Of a DNA stretch of 64,000 bases, positions 38,421-47,666 are shown piece after piece. The translations under genes were made by a program, and so were the position numbers. Each line of letters begins with the position of its first letter. The first letter of the stretch is position 1. Below the pieces are notes generated by a model, which was not told where the DNA came from, ran no database searches, and was given only the letters and a program-made list of their open reading frames with translations. The DNA comes from Candidatus Omnitrophota bacterium (GTDB taxonomy: Bacteria > Omnitrophota > Gorgyraeia > 2-01-FULL-45-10), in NCBI GenBank assembly GCA_903843285.1, contig CAIMPC010000010.1, forward strand, positions 968 through 64,967, in the 5' to 3' direction.

Positions 38421-41400
38421 ATGAGCCTTCCATCTTTTTCCATAAAAAGACCTGTATTCATGCTCATGGTCTATTCCGTGCTGATCATGTCCGGCGTGAT
38501 CTCCTTGACCCGTCTTCCGGTCGAACTGTACCCTAATATAAGCTTCGGCGAGATAAGCGTAATAATATCGGTGCGCGGCGGTATGCCGCCCACGGAAGTG
38601 GAATCGCTTGTCTCTAAGCCCGTGGAGGATGCTGTCGGAACAGTCAGTCATCTTCAGGAGATGCTCTCCATCTCTAAGGAGGGTGAATCTACCGTAGTCC
38701 TCAGTTTCGATCCCGGAATCAATATGAACTTCGCCGCCCTCGATGTGCGCGAAAAATTTGCCCGCGTAAAGAATAAGCTCCCGAAAGAGATAGAGAAACC
38801 TGTCATAGCGCAGTTTAAGCGTTCCGACGTGCCGATCATGATTCTCGCCGTAACCAGCTTAAGACGAACCACAGAAGATATCCGTAAGATCGTAGACGAG
38901 AGCGTCAGAGAGGCTATAAAGCGTATATCGGGTGTCGCTGATGTCGAGGTTGCCGGCGGCAGGGAGCGTAAGATACTTATAGAGGCCGATCAGAGGAAGA
39001 TGGCCGCATGCAATCTTTCGCTCGACAGGGTCATATCGATGGTGGGCGCCAATAATCTTAACCTGCTCTCCGGCGATATAGAGCGCGTTAAAGATAAGTA
39101 CCTGATAAGGACCATCGGATTATATAAGACGGTCGACGATATAAAGAGCATCCCTGTTTCGAGCTCGCCCGACGGGACTATAGTGCGCCTTAGGGATGTG
39201 GCGACCGTGCTCGATTCATATCTCGAGCCTGCAGGCTATGCCCGCGTTAATGTGCGGCCGGTCGTCTCCATATACGTGCAGAAAGAATCGAATGCCAATA
39301 CCATTAAGGTCGCAAAGGCAGTGGAAGATGAGGTCGAGAAGATTAAAGAGCGCCTGCCAAAAGATATCCAGGTGGCTACGACGAGCAATCAGGCTAATTT
39401 TATAAAGAGCGCTATTGAGAATCTGAAGGATGCGCTCTTAAAGGGCGCGGCCCTGGTCATGATGGTTTTAATACTCTTCCTGATACGCCTAACCAATAAA
39501 CAGATAGCGTTGATGGTGGCCGCGCTGGTGGCTATTGCCCTGATGCCGGTCATCTTGCTTTACCCGGTCCTCATCATAGTCATTATAGCGTTTATACTTG
39601 TACACAGGATACGGTCTGTCGCGATAGTGTCGTCGGCCATCCCGATATCCGTTATCATAACATTTACCTTCATGCTTGCCATGAAACTTACGCTGAATTT
39701 CATGACGCTCTTTGGCCTTGCCCTCGGAGTGGGAATGTTGGTCGACAACGCCATCGTAGTATACGAAAATATAGTGCGTAAGCACGAACAGGGACTGAGG
39801 GGCATTCCTGCGGCTATCGCAGGCACCGAAGAGGTTTGGGTAGCGATCCTGGCCGGCACGCTTACGCATGTGTGCGTATTCTTCCCCATGGTATTCGTAG
39901 GGTCCGAGATAAAACTTTTGTACGGGGGCGTGGCATGGACCGTTACGCTATCATTGCTGGTCTCTCTCTTCGTAGCCATAACCGTAGTGCCGTTATTCTC
40001 TTCCAGAATCCCGATATCGATAGAGCACATAAGCTTTCTCGAACATGTATACCGGATACAGCGCAAAGGCGTTATCTATTTTATGAGAAATTCAAGACGC
40101 ATATTTATTTGCGCCATAGCGTTATTTCTTGTTGCGCTATTTTTCTTTACAAAGCTCGGAATGGAATTCCTCGGCACGACAGAGCAGGGTAAATTTACAA
40201 TATTCATAGAACTGCCTACGGGCGCAAAACTTGACGCTACGGATGTCGTAGTGAAAAAAGTAGAAGCTATCGTTAAAGAGATTCCCGAGGTTAAGACATT
40301 CTCGTCCAGGGTAGAACCGTGGTCGAGTAAGGTCTACGTGGAATTGGTCGACGTCAATAAGAGAAAGAGGTCTGTGGCAGAGGTCATCGAGAGCCTTCGT
40401 CCTAAGACCGAGAAGCTTAGGCCGGCATTCATCTATTTTGAAGAAGAGCAGGAGGTCGGCACTAAGGAGATCATAGTGGAGCTCTTCGGTTACGATTACA
40501 CCACACTAAGAGAGGCCGCGATATCGATCGCCACCCGTCTGGGTTCAGTGAAAGGTTTCGCGGACACTAAGATAAGGATGAGAGAGGGGCGTCCGGAACT
40601 CGGATTGAAGGTCGACAGAAAGAAGACCGGAATATTCGATATGACAGTTACCGATGTCGCAGATATGGTGCATGCGCAGATGAGGGGCCTGCGGGCAACA
40701 TTGTTCCATACGGCATCCAGCGAGGTCGAGACGATCGCCAGGCTGGACGAGAAATATAGAAAGACATTTAAGGATCTGCACAAGCTCATACTTAATAATA
40801 AGAACGGCGACAGAGTGTACCTGGACCAGGTGACGGAATTTAAATACGGCCTCGGTCCCAGCGAAGTATGGAGGAAGAACAAGGCCAGGATGATACAGGT
40901 GAGCGCTACCATCGGAAAGATCCCTCTCAGTAAAGCCGCCGAGGAGGCTAAGAAAGCATTGGGCGACCTGAAACTGCCGGAAGGTTATTACTACAGGTTC
41001 GGTGGTAATTATCCTACAATGGTAGCCACCCAAAAACAGATATATCCGATACTATTACTCACAGTGGTGTTGATCTATCTGGTATTGGCGTCTCTGTTTG
41101 AATCATACTACCAGCCATTTATTATCATGGTGGCAGTGCCGCTGGCGCTTATAGGGGTGGTCATAGCGTTGTATGCCACCGGAAAATCTGTAGGTATGGG
41201 CGTCTTTGTGGGCATGATAATGTTGGGAGGAATTGTCGTCAATAATTCGATTCTATTGATAGATCATGCCAATAACCTACGCAAAGAGAAGATGAATCAC
41301 ATTAAAGCCATTATCCTCGCCTCGCGAGACCGCCTACGACCTATACTCATGACAACTTGCACGACCCTATTTGGTTTACTCCCAATGGCTATAAGCACTT

Positions 41401-41579
41401 CTGAAGGATCCAACCTGTGGAGTCCGCTCGCGATAACGGTTATGGGCGGGCTTATAAGCTCGACAATATTAACGCTTCTAATTGTTCCCAGTGTTTACGT
41501 GGCATCCGAGAACGCCGGGGCCCGCCTCAAAGCATTTATGGAGAAAGTTCGGATATTTCCCCGCCGTCCGAAGGGATGA
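38421..41579 (+). CDS. RND efflux permease (AcrB/HAE1-like), second tandem copy, 1052 aa
   Basis: Same architecture as the first copy (RPVFMLMVYSVLIMSG). Starts 2 nt after the previous stop; MdtBC-like tandem arrangement. Confidence 0.9.
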   Translation: MSLPSFSIKRPVFMLMVYSVLIMSGVISLTRLPVELYPNISFGEISVIISVRGGMPPTEVESLVSKPVEDAVGTVSHLQEMLSISKEGESTVVLSFDPGINMNFAALDVREKFARVKNKLPKEIEKPVIAQFKRSDVPIMILAVTSLRRTTEDIRKIVDESVREAIKRISGVADVEVAGGRERKILIEADQRKMAACNLSLDRVISMVGANNLNLLSGDIERVKDKYLIRTIGLYKTVDDIKSIPVSSSPDGTIVRLRDVATVLDSYLEPAGYARVNVRPVVSIYVQKESNANTIKVAKAVEDEVEKIKERLPKDIQVATTSNQANFIKSAIENLKDALLKGAALVMMVLILFLIRLTNKQIALMVAALVAIALMPVILLYPVLIIVIIAFILVHRIRSVAIVSSAIPISVIITFTFMLAMKLTLNFMTLFGLALGVGMLVDNAIVVYENIVRKHEQGLRGIPAAIAGTEEVWVAILAGTLTHVCVFFPMVFVGSEIKLLYGGVAWTVTLSLLVSLFVAITVVPLFSSRIPISIEHISFLEHVYRIQRKGVIYFMRNSRRIFICAIALFLVALFFFTKLGMEFLGTTEQGKFTIFIELPTGAKLDATDVVVKKVEAIVKEIPEVKTFSSRVEPWSSKVYVELVDVNKRKRSVAEVIESLRPKTEKLRPAFIYFEEEQEVGTKEIIVELFGYDYTTLREAAISIATRLGSVKGFADTKIRMREGRPELGLKVDRKKTGIFDMTVTDVADMVHAQMRGLRATLFHTASSEVETIARLDEKYRKTFKDLHKLILNNKNGDRVYLDQVTEFKYGLGPSEVWRKNKARMIQVSATIGKIPLSKAAEEAKKALGDLKLPEGYYYRFGGNYPTMVATQKQIYPILLLTVVLIYLVLASLFESYYQPFIIMVAVPLALIGVVIALYATGKSVGMGVFVGMIMLGGIVVNNSILLIDHANNLRKEKMNHIKAIILASRDRLRPILMTTCTTLFGLLPMAISTSEGSNLWSPLAITVMGGLISSTILTLLIVPSVYVASENAGARLKAFMEKVRIFPRRPKG

Positions 41580-41618
41580 TTCACTCATGTTAAGCACAAA
41601 AAAGTTAGTCAAATAGTA

Positions 41619-41647
41619 TTGACATCCCCTGCACAATATGGTATCAT
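41619..41647 (+). promoter_or_regulatory. strong sigma70-like promoter TTGACA-17-(TGg)TATCAT
   Basis: TTGACA at 41619-41624, exact 17-nt spacer, TATCAT at 41642-41647 preceded by TGG (extended -10). About 70 nt upstream of the giant ORF start. Confidence 0.55.
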
Positions 41648-41715
41648 CCACCTAATACAATAGAAAGTTAGTAGCGATATTAACCATGTTCGCAAAATAT
41701 TCCCAAGGAGAAAAC

Positions 41716-44700
41716 ATGAGATTCTGGAAAAAGACCGTTTCGATTCTTTTGGTTCATGCCTTTTTGCTGTCTGGTATTACGACCGGTTTGATGCCATCCG
41801 CTATTGCCACAACTCTCGACAAAACTTCCCCTATAATAGAGGTAGCTACAACCCCCGATAGCATCGTCATTCCTAAAGATTGCGGTATGATTAAGTCCAA
41901 ATTTATCGGTAAGGGCGACAAGCTCATAGTTCATATCCAGGATGCCCACTGTAATTACGAAGCCCAGTCCAATATAGCCGGTATCATAGAGAATCTGGTG
42001 AAGAACAATGGTTTGAGCCTCGTATCGGTGGAAGGCGCAGATGGCATGATCGATACTTCGTGGTTTAAAGCATTTCCTGACGCTGAGGTTCGAAAAGAAG
42101 TAGCCAACTACTTCATGAAGAAGGGCGAGATCACAGGCCCGGAATTTCTTTCAATAACCACAGACTATCCGATAAAACTTTTTGGCGCAGAAACGCGCGA
42201 TTATTATATTCAGAACCTCAATGCATTTACGACCAGCTACCCCCTTAAAGGCGAGACCGAGAAGTATCTTAATAATATCAAGGCCGCATTAACTAAACTC
42301 CAGGCACTCATCTACAATGCCGATCTTAAAGCTATGGCCGCCAAGTCAAATGAATATGAAGCTAAGAAAATGCAGTTCAACGACTACGTACGTTTTTTGC
42401 AGGATGAGGCTCAGAAGCATAAAATTAACTTAAGGCAGTACGAAGACCTGTTTAAGCTGATCAACGTCCTGATATATGAAAAGAAGATAGATTTCAGTGT
42501 AACGGATAAAGAGAGAAGCGCTCTCATAGATGAGATGAGTAAGGCCGTCTCAAAGGATGTGCTCACAGAGCTTGTAAATAAATCCATAGCTTTTAAAGTT
42601 AATAAGATTTCATCTGCGGAATATTATGCTTACGTCAGAGGTCTCGCCCAGAAGAATAAAGTGGATTTACTCGAGAAGTATCCCAACCTCTACAACTACA
42701 TCATATATAATTCAGTCTACTCCAGGATCAACAACGAAGGCCTGTTTAACGATATAAAGAAGCTCGAGATCGCGATAAAAGAGAAGCTCTTTGAGAACGA
42801 AGACCAGAGAACCCTCGAGAAGCTCTCCCGCCACATAGATACGTTAATAGGTCTGGTAAATATAAAGCTTCTTAACGATGACTTTGACTATTACAAAGCG
42901 AATAAGGCCGAATTTGCCCCAGAGGCATTCTCAGATTTTATAAAGGCAAAGACGATACAGTTTGGACTTGCCTACGAGATGGATCCTCCAGCCGATGCTA
43001 TCGCTAAAAATATTGACAGACTCGAAGATTTCTATGCCATCGCGATAAAGCGTGATAAGGCGATGGTCGATAACACTCTCGAAGCTATGAATAAGACGGG
43101 GAGTAAGATAGCGGTGCTGGTCACCGGAGGCTTTCACTCGGAAGGCATGATGAAGCTCCTCGAGAGGCAGGGCGTCTCCCATATGGTCGTATGCCCGAGC
43201 ATAACTAAGGAAGCGCAGACGCCGTATATCCAGATACTTATGAACCAGCGGACATCGTTCGAGGATATTCTGACCACCCCGAAAGAGGCTGTGAAAAAGA
43301 ATATGCTGGCGCCTCTGCCGCGTACATGGGCGACGGGAGAAGTTTACGCCGAATTAAAGGGAAAATCGGATATTTTGAATGATGGAGATTTGGAGAATTT
43401 CAGAAACGAATGGATAGAAAGAAACGTTTCGGAATGGCTTAGTGCCCGCCGCAATATTGTATTTGGAAACAGGGCTTCTACCAGGAGTGTTTTAGAAGAT
43501 GCCTTTAAGCTGGATTTCATGAAATCCGCCACGGAAGTCTACGGAGTAGACAGAACTGCAGAGGCCCAGGCACAAAGACTTTGCGCGGAAGTAATGAAGT
43601 CTTCGGCATTCGAGAGAGTATTTAACAGCATGATGCCCGCTACCGGCGTTATAGGCGTAATGCCGCCGACACGGCCGACCAGCGCTCAGGGTGCTGTGAT
43701 GGTGGTAAACGGAGAGCTTAGCCCGGAACAGACAGCTCTCGTTAATCAGGCGATAAGAGATGACTTTGAAACAGTCCTTGTTAATGCGAATGAACCAACG
43801 TATACGTATAAAATTCCATCAAGTGAAATTACGGTCGAGATTTTTAGAATACCATCTCTCGAAGCTTGCGATAATTTTCTTTTTGCTCACCCCGGTCACG
43901 GCGGGGCCGTGCGCGCCATCGGTAGGAATCGTATATATATGTCTCCTTTAAACTATGAGAGACTTCGAAGACTCAAAGAGTTCGCGCCAGAGGCCTATTC
44001 GTCGTTCTTTAACCATGAGGCATATCATCTCGTGAATCCTAATGCCACCGAAGCGGCCGCAGAAGCAGCGTCTAAAACAAATAATGTCAGAGTGGCGCTT
44101 GAGAATATGGCGAAAGCTGATGTCGCAGCGGTAAGAATGAATTTAGGGCAGACCCCTATCGGTGAGACGATCTACAGATTCTCTAATGCGTTAGTGCCTT
44201 CGGCCAGAGGGCTTATAGGCCCCACCAACACCAGGGAAGAACTCCCGCGGCGTTTATCGGCTCTCTTCATAGGTGCTAATGGTCGAGGAACCGATAGCTT
44301 ATATAAAGCTTTAATGGTCCTTGAATCGCAAGGTGAAGTTAAAATAGAGATGCTTAAAAGCGGCACTGCTATATTCAGCAAATCGACGCCTGTCTCGCTC
44401 GCGGAAGCGTACTCTTCACCCGAATCATTCGAAGCTTATATGACACAGCATCTGGCCAGATTAAGTGTGGCCATACCGGAACTATCACAGCTCATGGAAG
44501 GTTATAATAGCTGGAGAAATGAAATGATAGCGCCCAAAGAAGCGCAACTTAACCTCCTGCAAATACAGCCGGGCAAAGAGCAGGCAGTAAAGGAACTAAG
44601 AGACGAGATTGACAATCTGATAAAACCAAAAGTTGCGGCAATGGAAGACCTTATTGCGACGCGTTTTAACCAACCACTCGCCGAAGGATATGTTGGTTTG

Positions 44701-47400
44701 CTCAAAGGCATTACCAGTGAAAGAAACTTCCTTAGAGAGATCCCAACCCTTGAAGAGTTTATGAAGTCACCAGCATATACGGAAACTCTCGATAGAGCCC
44801 GGGAACTATTCTTGAGTCCTACATGTGGAGACCTCGATGTGTACGCAGGCGCGGCCTCAAGACTTTTTGGTGAAGGTCAAAGAGCTGATACGACCAGGTC
44901 TTTTGCCGCTCATGATGTTTATCAGATGGCGGCATCCATGGGCAAGGCGATACCTTCGCATGCCATTTTGGGTGAGAGCATCATGACGCGCATGGCTGTA
45001 CAGAAATGGATCGATATCGAAGCTGATTTGAAGGAAAAGTATAATGGATCCAAAACTCCTGAGGCTATTGTAGCTCAGAGGCAGGCTATTATTGCTACGA
45101 AGCCCTGGATAATAGTGATCAATGATGAAAGCGGTGTTCCGCTATTAAAAGAAATGGTCGAGAATAACCATTATGGGTATAATCCTGAAAATGTTGTATT
45201 TGTGGTTCAACCTACTTTTAATGGATACGGATACGATAATAACGGAAAGCCGGTGATGCTTAAAAACACGAAGCCGAATCCGGCAGGTCACGGATCTGCC
45301 ACTCTGCAGTCCATGGCTCCGGGGAGGGCATTCTGGGTAGGTTCGAATGGAGCGATTCATAATATAGAGGAAGATGCCGAGGCCTATCTTAAAGGAAGGA
45401 CTGGTGCAAACTTTTGGATACAGGGGCGAGTTAACGATATGATAAAACTCGGATACACTACCAGGCCCCACCAGCTATTTTCTTCAACTCACGAACTTGA
45501 CATGGGTGTTATGGCTTTGGCCTTGAGTAGAATGGGAAACATTGACAAGCTGGAGGAAGGTAAAAATGCAATACTGGAACAGGTAGCCCCCGATAGCAGA
45601 ATAAAAGGCGGCACACCTTTAGTCACTACCTCACGATCTGATGGGTTTTTAATAGAAGGTGTGGCTATGAATCCGGAGACTAAGAAGGTAGTTCTGATTC
45701 CAGATAATCCGCAGAACAGGTTCTATATTTATTATAAGGGCCTTGCGCTACGGGAGATGAAGAAGCAGGGCCTACCTGTATATTTCAGGTTCCGCGATGG
45801 AGCTATTTACCCTGAGACTGTTACCGGGGATCTGACTATGCTGAAGCGCGTTAATCCGGGCTATGTTATGGCTAAACGTCCGCTCGACGACTATAAAAAT
45901 GAGGCGACAATAGATAATGGCCTTAACGCGGCGGACCACCAGGATAAGAATCCCAAATTTCGGGCCGCCACAGAAGAGCTCAAAACATCCAGAAAGAAAG
46001 ATGTGACTATAACGGGCCTTAATAAGGTTCCAGACTTTGCTAAACATCTTGAACCGGCTCCTGAAGCTCCATCTGCGCGCGCGAAAGTTAATGCCCAGAA
46101 TCGCGTCGCCTTAAAGGCTGTAGAAAAACCGGCGTCCGGACTTACGCGAGAAAAAACCGCTGTTCTTGTCCCGCCCTCGTCAGGGACTTTGGAGGCGGAA
46201 GTATACGCGGCATATATGGCCTTCGAGAGACCGTATGATGTTACGGTAAATGCGTTTAGGGGTAGCATAAATAAGCCAGAGCTCCTGAGGGCCCTTATTG
46301 CAAAATTTCCAGGAACAAATAATGTCAGCACTTTAAACAATATGGAGAGATCAGGTATTGCCGTTGTTACAAATATGAATGAAAGTAGCTATGATCTCAC
46401 CGACAACTTCTTCAAATCTGATGTATTAAATAGGTTCGTAATGCTTCAGGCCGGCAGGGAGCAAATAACGGATATTAAGGCTCAAGCTTCTTCCATGTCG
46501 GATGTAGAACGGATAATAGTTGATTCTATGAATGCGGAGCTCTTTGTAAATGCATTTATGCCGGAAGGCGCTAATGTATTGCCGCCATCTGAGAAGATAG
46601 AGACTCAATATGAAGTGGTCATCGCTTTAAGCGAGGGTTTTAGGGATAAGGGCGGTAGCTCAGAACATTCCGTATTCCCATCGGTAATAGATAGATGGCT
46701 ACAAGCCAATAACCCCGAAGAGTATTGGAAATATAGAAATATAGGAAGATACACGAAAGAATTAAGGCAGAGGCTTGAGGCGCTCAGGGTCAGCGGCAAT
46801 GCCATGGAAAATAAGGCTATAGTTATTCTCCATGATAGAATGATTGACTCTACAGGCGTAGCTCAGGCCGCAGAATTTGCCGTGGAGAGATACCTTGGTG
46901 GTTCGGTTATCGTGGTTCGCGGGTCCGGAAGCATGCTCATTAGTCACGGCATAGAAGAGTATAATAACCTGATCAGAAATACTAATGCGCCTAAGAATGC
47001 CGCCATAATCGCCCTCACCGGTACCAATAGAACATCGATCACAGGAAAAGATAGGGCAGATCTGTTGAGGGTAATGATGGCCGGTAATGCGGCGGCTGAG
47101 AAGATCGGCGGCCTTCGGCCTCTAAGCGTCTTACTGCAGGTGGACGACTCAGAGGGTGAGATGTCTACGATAGAATTATATAATGCGGCCGTGACAATAG
47201 GATTCAATCTGGGAGCTCAAAATATTTTGGATTGCCTGAGGCGCATAGCGTTGACAGATAGCGGAGAGAGATTTACCGATGCCGTTATGGATGAGATAAT
47301 CAAAACAGGTTTTATCAGGCTGAAACCGATAGCACCGATCAATCCTAACCAGATTGACGAAGTCCGCCGAGCGGAGGCTGTGGCATTAAGATCGCTGTAA
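41716..47400 (+). CDS. giant multidomain protein (1,894 aa): N-terminal signal/anchor, TraB/GumN/Tiki-like domain, HExxH motif, degenerate UDPGP-like nucleotidyltransferase domain, uncharacterised C-terminal region
   Basis: Start at MRFWKK with a GGAG RBS 8 nt upstream. The ORF-track start at 41686 has no RBS. Uninterrupted 5.7-kb ORF. Motifs are detailed in the findings. Confidence 0.8.
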   Translation: MRFWKKTVSILLVHAFLLSGITTGLMPSAIATTLDKTSPIIEVATTPDSIVIPKDCGMIKSKFIGKGDKLIVHIQDAHCNYEAQSNIAGIIENLVKNNGLSLVSVEGADGMIDTSWFKAFPDAEVRKEVANYFMKKGEITGPEFLSITTDYPIKLFGAETRDYYIQNLNAFTTSYPLKGETEKYLNNIKAALTKLQALIYNADLKAMAAKSNEYEAKKMQFNDYVRFLQDEAQKHKINLRQYEDLFKLINVLIYEKKIDFSVTDKERSALIDEMSKAVSKDVLTELVNKSIAFKVNKISSAEYYAYVRGLAQKNKVDLLEKYPNLYNYIIYNSVYSRINNEGLFNDIKKLEIAIKEKLFENEDQRTLEKLSRHIDTLIGLVNIKLLNDDFDYYKANKAEFAPEAFSDFIKAKTIQFGLAYEMDPPADAIAKNIDRLEDFYAIAIKRDKAMVDNTLEAMNKTGSKIAVLVTGGFHSEGMMKLLERQGVSHMVVCPSITKEAQTPYIQILMNQRTSFEDILTTPKEAVKKNMLAPLPRTWATGEVYAELKGKSDILNDGDLENFRNEWIERNVSEWLSARRNIVFGNRASTRSVLEDAFKLDFMKSATEVYGVDRTAEAQAQRLCAEVMKSSAFERVFNSMMPATGVIGVMPPTRPTSAQGAVMVVNGELSPEQTALVNQAIRDDFETVLVNANEPTYTYKIPSSEITVEIFRIPSLEACDNFLFAHPGHGGAVRAIGRNRIYMSPLNYERLRRLKEFAPEAYSSFFNHEAYHLVNPNATEAAAEAASKTNNVRVALENMAKADVAAVRMNLGQTPIGETIYRFSNALVPSARGLIGPTNTREELPRRLSALFIGANGRGTDSLYKALMVLESQGEVKIEMLKSGTAIFSKSTPVSLAEAYSSPESFEAYMTQHLARLSVAIPELSQLMEGYNSWRNEMIAPKEAQLNLLQIQPGKEQAVKELRDEIDNLIKPKVAAMEDLIATRFNQPLAEGYVGLLKGITSERNFLREIPTLEEFMKSPAYTETLDRARELFLSPTCGDLDVYAGAASRLFGEGQRADTTRSFAAHDVYQMAASMGKAIPSHAILGESIMTRMAVQKWIDIEADLKEKYNGSKTPEAIVAQRQAIIATKPWIIVINDESGVPLLKEMVENNHYGYNPENVVFVVQPTFNGYGYDNNGKPVMLKNTKPNPAGHGSATLQSMAPGRAFWVGSNGAIHNIEEDAEAYLKGRTGANFWIQGRVNDMIKLGYTTRPHQLFSSTHELDMGVMALALSRMGNIDKLEEGKNAILEQVAPDSRIKGGTPLVTTSRSDGFLIEGVAMNPETKKVVLIPDNPQNRFYIYYKGLALREMKKQGLPVYFRFRDGAIYPETVTGDLTMLKRVNPGYVMAKRPLDDYKNEATIDNGLNAADHQDKNPKFRAATEELKTSRKKDVTITGLNKVPDFAKHLEPAPEAPSARAKVNAQNRVALKAVEKPASGLTREKTAVLVPPSSGTLEAEVYAAYMAFERPYDVTVNAFRGSINKPELLRALIAKFPGTNNVSTLNNMERSGIAVVTNMNESSYDLTDNFFKSDVLNRFVMLQAGREQITDIKAQASSMSDVERIIVDSMNAELFVNAFMPEGANVLPPSEKIETQYEVVIALSEGFRDKGGSSEHSVFPSVIDRWLQANNPEEYWKYRNIGRYTKELRQRLEALRVSGNAMENKAIVILHDRMIDSTGVAQAAEFAVERYLGGSVIVVRGSGSMLISHGIEEYNNLIRNTNAPKNAAIIALTGTNRTSITGKDRADLLRVMMAGNAAAEKIGGLRPLSVLLQVDDSEGEMSTIELYNAAVTIGFNLGAQNILDCLRRIALTDSGERFTDAVMDEIIKTGFIRLKPIAPINPNQIDEVRRAEAVALRSL

Positions 47401-47493
47401 AAAAATGGGGGTCATGTCTTCACACTTCACACTTGACAGTTGCTATTTATTTTGATACCCTCTCCTCACGGCCCTATTAATAAGGAACATAAC

Positions 47494-47640
47494 ATGCTAT
47501 TGGCATTAAGAACATTCTTCGGATCCAGGCTTGGTATATATCTGTTTTTATCGGTAGTTTTATCCTGCCTTTGGTATATAGCAAAGCATCTTGATTTGAT
47601 TGAAGTTTCGGAAAATTTATCGGAAAAGCAGGACGTATAG
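47494..47640 (+). CDS. possible small membrane peptide (49 aa)
   Basis: MLLALRTFFGSRLGIYLFLSVVLSCLWYIAK, with AAGGA 7 nt upstream. May be spurious. Confidence 0.3.
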   Translation: MLLALRTFFGSRLGIYLFLSVVLSCLWYIAKHLDLIEVSENLSEKQDV

Positions 47641-47651
47641 AAGAACCATTG

Positions 47652-47660
47652 TGGTATAAT
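47652..47660 (+). promoter_or_regulatory. extended -10 element TGGTATAAT
   Basis: Ends 6 nt before the ATG at 47667, implying a leaderless or very short-leader transcript for the ferredoxin-nitroreductase gene. Confidence 0.3.
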
Positions 47661-47666
47661 CTTCCC

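Noticed and set aside
44014-44028. HEAYH (HExxH) in the giant protein as proof of a zinc metalloprotease
   Set aside because: Five-residue HExxH motifs occur by chance in a ~1,900-aa protein. There is no flanking third ligand or Met-turn I can recognise, so it is kept only as a note within the finding.
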